Below, piece after piece: positions 56,069 through 64,000 of a stretch of 64,000 nucleotides of DNA; position 1 is the stretch's first letter; each line of letters opens with the position of its first letter. This DNA comes from the human T2T-CHM13v2.0 reference genome, Homo sapiens. Where the stretch lies: assembly GCF_009914755.1 (NCBI RefSeq), contig NC_060936.1; one strand, 5' to 3'. Below the pieces are notes generated by a model. The model ran no database searches. It worked only from the letters and a program-made list of their open reading frames with translations, and had not been told where the DNA came from. A program made the position numbers and the translations under genes.

Positions 56069-56705
56069 CAAAATGTTTTTCAGTAAGCAGAAGACATCTA
56101 GTAATTAAATATACTCCTGAAACCATGTTTCGAACTATCAGATCAGTGGGTGCCATCTATTAAAATATTTGAGTCAATGGTCCATAGAAACACAGGTAAC
56201 TAGCCTTGGGTCACAAGGGTGATGTCAGGTATTTTAACTCAGTATTTCCTTGCATTTTCCAAATAATTCAAGTTCCTTAACACAAAGATATAGAATTTGG
56301 CATAGTCTTCAAGATCCCAATACATTAAACTGGCATCAGTCTGAATTTTTCTTAAGTACTGTACACAAATACTACAATGGAGAAAACATCTTATATTGAC
56401 CACAAAAATAAGAAACGGGGGGAAAAAAAACTAAAGAAGGGGAAAAAAAGAGAAAACCAGTGCTTAGAAGATGCATTTGCCCAGTTTTAGAGTTAAATAA
56501 TCCTGACTCGCACTGTTTTTCTGAAATCTCATTCAGGGTCCAGAGAATTCTAGTCTTCTTCTCTGAAATAAACTCAAATGACATCAAACTACAGGGCATA
56601 AATTAAACTTTAAAAAAATTTTAAAAAATAGTAATGCTCTGTATCCTCAAAAATAGTCATTATCTACAATATTTTGGTCCAATAACTTCAAAGCATTTTT
56701 ACCCT

Positions 56706-56931
<226 letters not shown>

Positions 56932-57644
56932 ACCCTTCTTTTTATAGCTGTCAATACAAGCCTCACAAAGAGGTCACTGGATGTGACAATTTAAAATTTT
57001 CAAAAATATATACGTCTATACACCAAATAAGAATACTAATATAACTTCAGGTTTAATGTATGTTGATTGAGCATCTAGTCAATGAGAGATGCAAGAACAC
57101 ATTCCATATGGAAAGTTCCCACTATTCATCATGCTTATTTTAGACGTAGAAAAATCACCAGAGGATTTCTGATCAAAGGGCCTGAATCCAGTGGGACTTT
57201 GATGCCTACTCGCTTTTATAATTATGGTCCTATGTTTTAAAGAAGTAAGCTACTATTCTTCCTCGTTTGCTTAAACATAACAAATAGCTACATAAAAGAA
57301 ACTGAAGGACCAGATGTTAGTTTGCTCATCTGTTTTTCAATTCTTAGCTACTCTAGACAACGCCTACAATTACTTTGTTGCCCATGCTGGATTCCACCAA
57401 TGACAGAGTGGAATCCCAGCACAGTGCTGGGATCTGGGTTCTGTGTCTCCTGAGTGCTGCCTGGGTAGACTGGAGGGGACAGGTGGCCGTGGTCAAAGAC
57501 AGTCCCAGTGTGTTCAAGTTACACAATGAGCTCTAAGAAATGACAGCTCCAGTAGCCTGCTCAGCAAGAGGGTCTTTGACCCATGGACTGGTTTGGTTCC
57601 CTCTGCTACCTATCTGTTCCTATGACACCCACAGTGTTTACATA

Positions 57645-57767
57645 GGTCTTGTTGTGTTGCCCAGGTTGTTGCCCAAGTCTGGCTATGTTGCCCTGGGCTC
57701 AAGCGATCCTCCTTGCCCCGGCCTCCTGAGTAGCTGGGACAACAGGCACATGCTACTGTGCCCAGCT
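57645..57767 (-). mobile_element. FLAM-like Alu monomer with internal gttgccca duplications
   Basis: ctgggctcaagcgatcctcc...tagctgggacaacaggc. Confidence 0.75.
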
Positions 57768-58171
57768 TTACAATTACATTTTTAAAAATACCTGTTTTAA
57801 GAACAAGGAAAATAAGTAATCTATAAAAAGCTACTGCTAATGAAAAGAACTAACATCTTAAACTAATGGCCATAATGGTCAATTTATAAAAATGTTTATC
57901 TCCCCTGGGTCAAAGAAAAGTTATTTAAGGATTTCCTTAAAGTGATATTGTGACCAAAAATAAATCAATTGGTTTTTTACAGAAAAGTAACTAAAATACA
58001 CTTAGTTTATTTATAATTAAGATGACTACAAATATATTAAAGTAACGTGCTAGTTTATACTTTCTTTTCATTTCTCTTTTCAGTTAGATTTGGCTTTAAA
58101 AAAATCATAAAAATCAATTTTAATAACCACAATTTAAATAAAGGAAACATTGAAACTTTTTAAGAACATAC

Positions 58172-58280
58172 CAGGATTGTGGATACGATCCAAAAGCTTC
58201 ACAGAACGTGCACTAACTACACCCCCAACGTGTACAAGGAATCCAGGAGGAAATGCCGTCAAGGTAAAAAATGGAAATTC
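58172..58280 (-). CDS. C2CD5: C2CD5 exon (EFPFFTLTAFPPG...KLLDRIHNP), the most 5' constitutive exon in the window
   Basis: ccactag|GAA acceptor; CTG|gtatgt donor; 109 nt; phase 0-1. Confidence 0.96.
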
Positions 58281-60332
58281 CTAGTGGAAAGAATAAGGGA
58301 AAAATACAACTTATCGTGTGTAGAGTGTAAAAAATTTGCTTATTAAAAAGCTTGCCATAGCAACTGTATTACATCCCTTGAAATAAAAGGCCACCCATTA
58401 CACATCACACATGCTTTGTAATTAAAAGTTTAATTAAATGTTTAGAGTTTCAAATCCATTTCCCCATATATACAATGTTATACAGAATCCAAAGACCCAT
58501 TTCATCAGTTCTCAATGAAGAAAAAAAAAGTGTTCCTTCAATTTAAGATATTTGAAACACACTCTTCCTTCCTCTGAATCTCCAACTCTGATGGAACTTC
58601 TCAATGAGATGAGGGAACTGCCCTATCCCTCTTCCCCTTTATCTATCAGTGGTTTAGACACCCCCTTCACATGAACACCCAGTATAAGACACTGGTAAAG
58701 ACTCTAAAAACCTGGGGCCAAGGGATCTAAATGAAAGTGGGACCAAAGGAGGATAAGTGAGAGGATAAGCAGTGTGGGTTAAGAGAAAGAGGATAGTGGC
58801 AAATATCAAGTTGAGATGGGTAGAGAATCATTGTGTGAGGTTACTCTATCAACACCAATGTGGCAGGAACAAATACAAGTGCATAAAGGTACATTAAGGA
58901 AAGTTGAAAGGTACATAGATAACAGCTAGGAAGGCAATAAAATTCCACAAGTTCTTGCAAGCTTTATTCTATCCTTCTCTCTTAAAGAATAAAATTCATC
59001 AACTTAGAGACAAAGAGAAACACAAAAAAGACAAATGAAAAAGCCAAGAAAGGAAATTCATTGAAATAGGACCCAATAAGAAAACGGAGCTCCTGTGAAA
59101 ACATGGAGGCCCCTCACATTACACAAATTGGATGCAAGTAAGGAAAACTTGATGTTTGACCTGTCTGGCTGCAAGATTAATGTAGCTCACTTAACTGGAA
59201 TCACTTACCAGTAGCCTCAGCTATTTAGAACATAATTGAGCATAATTGAGAAAAATAAGCAAAACAGGGCTCTCAACGGTCAAAAGAACTGTTACGGTCT
59301 CAAGCTCTAAAGCTCATATACTTTATTCATAGGAGACTCCCACAGATCATATTCATACTATATTATAGTAGTTATAAATTTTTATCTTAAAAAGAAACAA
59401 CTCTAAAATTTATCATGATCTCATTTTCAAGACCACCTCAGATTAAATGCAACAAATAAAAGCTGGTAAAGAGATACAGAATACCACCAGAAGCAGGCTT
59501 ATTAAAAGCAGCAAGAATTATTCACTGGCTGCTTCAAGCATGGAGAATACAAACTCACAAAAGCATGATCACAAAGCACGGCAACTTGGAATCATTTTGC
59601 ACAAAAGCTATCAGTCCTGTGCACCTCAGTAACCCATGAAGGTTGAGTATAAAAAAGTTTCTAAAATTTATTTAGAAATAAATTCAGTTCAAATTTAGAA
59701 GTAATTTTTAAACAAGAGAAAGAAAAATCTATGCTATGTAAGAAAAGAGTAAAAAACTGGTCTATGGAAGTGGTTAGGTATAGCCCAGCAGAAAGGTAGA
59801 GGGAAAATAAGGAAGAGGATGGAAGGAGAGTACGTCACTTATAATAAATGTATTATAATATGTTTAGTCAAAATGCATCCTTATTTCCATTTAAACTTCT
59901 TTTTCTGTCCTCTAAGTTTTGTTCCTGGAAATCTAATAAAAATTGTACAAACTAGAGGATTACCTCATAATGAATTCATATTTATTATTAGGAAATTTGA
60001 ATGTAAATGAAGTTTTGAGTCATAAAAATATTCGAATGGATTTATTGTTAGGCACAGCACACACGGGGTAATTACACAATATAAGTATTAAGAAAGAAGT
60101 TGGGAAAACAGTTCGGTAATCACTGAGCAAGTACATTTGAACTTTGTAAATGTGAGTTTTAAATGAGAAACGTATAGGTAAGCTTATATTATTAATAATG
60201 TAGTTAGGTCTTTCAGATTTTTTTTTCAGTGTTAGGATCACTTAAATTTTAATATTTCCTCAAAATATCTGAGGCATGTGGTGGTCTCACAGAATAAAAA
60301 ATCACTTTATATGTAATCTTTATACTTAAATC

Positions 60333-60638
<306 letters not shown>

Positions 60639-61370
60639 TTAAATCTTTTAAATATCTAGACAAGAGATACTGAAAATAACATTTTTGTAAGCTAAATGGA
60701 AGATAGTACTTCCTTTTTCCTTCTAAAGAAATAGGTAAATTATGTATTAGAAAATATTTTCATATAAGATTTTACATAAGTATGAATAAATGAACCTAAA
60801 TGACTTCTCAATTCAGGGTTCTTTACCCTTCTCCCCAAAGTTCTTTGTTTGGGATAAAGAAACGAGGGCAAGCATTGTACTAGAGCTGGTCAGAAAGAAA
60901 CACACAGGGCGATGGCTGCCCATTGAGGCCACGACCCACTCTCCACCTCACATGTCCCCAGTTCACCTAATCGGCACACCAATTCACTCTAAAACACAAA
61001 ATTTAACCTATAATAAATAAAAATGTCATTGTTATTTAACCAAAACTCCGTCTTCATACAATTCTCTCATGAGAAGAGCTACTGCTGAAATCTATAGCAG
61101 ATTGTTAAGTACCTATCATCACCACCATAACTAGCAACTACTGTCAAGTACTTCTATGTGCCAGGCCCTGTAGCTTGTGCTGTATAACCTTTCCCATATG
61201 AGGGAAGTACTATTATCTCCATTTTTTATATGAAAAACTGAAGTCAAAAGGGCCTTTTATTCCTAGATTCTTTATAAGCAACAAACTTTATCATCTGGTT
61301 TCACTGTCATTTAGAGTTAAGGATTTGATTTTATTACACCTGATGAATTTATAGATTTTTCTTCTGTTTA

Positions 61371-61681
<311 letters not shown>

Positions 61682-62308
61682 GAGAATAGCTTCCTTAAGA
61701 TCAGCACAAGCACATCCCGCTTTCAATGTCTAGATGTGAATTTCAGGAACTGCAGAAGAAATTTTCTCCAGAAGTCTTCATATTTAAAGTAGCTTTCCCT
61801 GTGGTACCTAGATAAAGTTACATGCTGATGCTTTGACATAAGCCAAGGGCAGGCAGCATAAAAATATTTAATAGTGTGTGCTCAAAGACAGGTTAGTTGA
61901 AAAATCATCAGAGCACAATGGGAGTATTCTTTTAAAAAGAGATTTAAATAGGATTTTTCTTAGGAGCTATTTAAATAGTTTATTCTTTAAATCAAATACT
62001 CTTTTTATTATTGCAAAAGACTAAACTTTCTAGATATAAAATCCATAACAGATTTCTGCCATGGTTTATTGTACAATTTTACTCCCACTTCTAAAAAGAT
62101 CAAAATTCTTCAAGAGTTTACCTTATATCAATGTTTCCCAAAATGTGTTCCTCACTAACAGGTATTTTAAAAGGAAAGTTCTATGGTAAAATGTACTTGC
62201 GAAATACTAGGTTAAACTAAGTTCACTAGGTTTCTTGACTGAAGGAACTAAAAAAGTACTTCCATATTTTCTCACAGGTAAAATAAAAGTCTTATTGAAA
62301 AACAAATC

Positions 62309-62425
62309 TGGCTGAGCACAGTGGCTCATGCCTCTAACCCCAGCACTCTAAAAGGCTGAGATGGGAGGATCACTTGAGCCCAGGAGTTCGAAACCAGCCT
62401 GGGCATCATAGAGAGAGGCTCTCTC
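62309..62425 (+). mobile_element. FLAM_C-like Alu monomer
   Basis: Single left-type monomer. Confidence 0.8.
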
Positions 62426-64000
62426 CTAATTAATTAATTAAATATCTATTTACTTTACATCAAAAAATTCATAGGTGGAACTTAAATCTAAATAAAACTT
62501 TTATCTCTATTTCTCATCTCCCGAAAACCTAGCAATGCTTCTGTGGAGTAAAGAATAACACTTTCAATTTTGACAACTACTACTTGAATAATCCGTAAAA
62601 GAGATTGGGCAAATAAAGTTTCTCTTTCCTCAAGAAAAAAAAAAAAAAAAGGCCATATAATTTATTAAGGGTGGTTTACCAAAGGGATAGAAACGAATAT
62701 TAAAGAAAGGAATATAAAACATCATATAAGTAGATCATGTCAGTGACATAATCTAGTGTTCAGATTAGCAGAATTAAGTCATATCTGAACACATATGGAG
62801 AGAATTCTTCATACTTCTTGCTTTTCCCAAAACAGAAACCATACTAATGGCAGTCGCAAGTGAATAGGAAAGCCAAAGATGATAATGCTTTGGCTGCTTA
62901 CTTTGTACACAAGGTAGAGAAGTACTCTCATAAACTTAAGTAACTGCTACTTCGAGGACAGGCGATATAGATGTACTGCCAACTCAGGACTGACAAGGTT
63001 GTAAATGAAAACTATAGTTCTCTACACCTTTACTGTTAATTCCATGAAGTTTATTTAGTAATCTATGTCCAATGTGTAAATGTGTCCAAAATTTTAAGAA
63101 TGTTTAAATGCATATCTGAAAACACAAATTTTATCCAAACTAATTCAAAATGGTTTTCACTGCTTAATATTTTTTTCCCTTAAAGTGAGATGGTTTTTAA
63201 AGATTCTTGGTACAGACAATAAAGTCACAGGCACAACATACAAGTAAAATCTTATTATATCGAATTTCAAGGGAACCCACATTTTTCTGTTGATGTGAAT
63301 TCCAGAATGGTAATTTCATTATAAGCAAGCATATTCCTCTTGTGAAAAACTCTGTAGAGAACATAATAATGGGACAGGGAAAAAGAGCATTCTGGCCTAA
63401 AAAAAATGGTAAGTGGACACACACACACAGCTTCACTCTGACCCTCTTCAACGTTTTCAGTCTTTTATTATATTTGGTTTTAATAGCTGATTTGAATGTT
63501 TAGGTGGGCCTTTTGGTGGCAGTTGTAGGTTTGCCTGCAAGGTGCGAGAGTAGTTGGAAGGTAACTGCTGCTTGATAGAGCATGAAGCAAAAAATGAGCT
63601 AAAGCCTCATCATTGCTTAGTTCAGCTCTGCTCTCTTCAGCCTTCTCTAGGTAAACAGTGCATACACAGATACTGTCAGCATAAGGAGGGAAAAGTCTAG
63701 AAAATAAATCGTACCAACCTCTAGAGGAGAAATACTTTAGTTTTATGAAATGTATCCTTTTTACAGGTATTTACTCTTTCACCTTTTTTCCCCCAAATGC
63801 TAGTGTAATATAGAACATGTAAAAGAAAATTCTGTAAATGCTTATAGCTTCCAAATCAGACATAATGAAAGCTATAGAACTATGTCTTAAAATTACTGAC
63901 ATGACATATATAACATGCACCATATTAGTTAGTAGAAAAAAGAACATGAGTCTCACAGTGCTATTAAATAAAAAAAAAACTTTGCATTACGAAAAGAAAA

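Overview
Human intronic and exonic DNA (AT-rich, with Alu, L1, MIR and MER repeats, including a human-specific AluYb8) containing the 3' two-thirds of C2CD5 (KIAA0528/CDP138) on the minus strand. I could reconstruct 16 constitutive GT-AG exons (58280 to 1223; 1965 nt, 654 aa plus stop) with consistent splice phases, three frame-preserving cassette exons (66, 51 and 102 nt) and a ~1.2 kb 3'UTR. The N-terminal C2 domain exons lie beyond the right edge. Main observations: (i) the 66-nt cassette exon repeats the VG-x5-RS-x-KLLD motif of the preceding exon using almost entirely different codons; (ii) several candidate microexons and poison exons, including an 11/23-nt + 49-nt pair that restores frame only together and a 15-nt in-frame exon (AFSPQ); (iii) four YbjQ-like repeats in the protein, suggesting a single-chain pseudo-pentamer; (iv) inverted Alu pairs around specific exon blocks; (v) three miR-181 sites plus miR-19, miR-130 and PUM sites lying beyond proximal polyA signals. 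The microexon calls rest on splice motifs only and need RNA-seq. Repeat boundaries are approximate.
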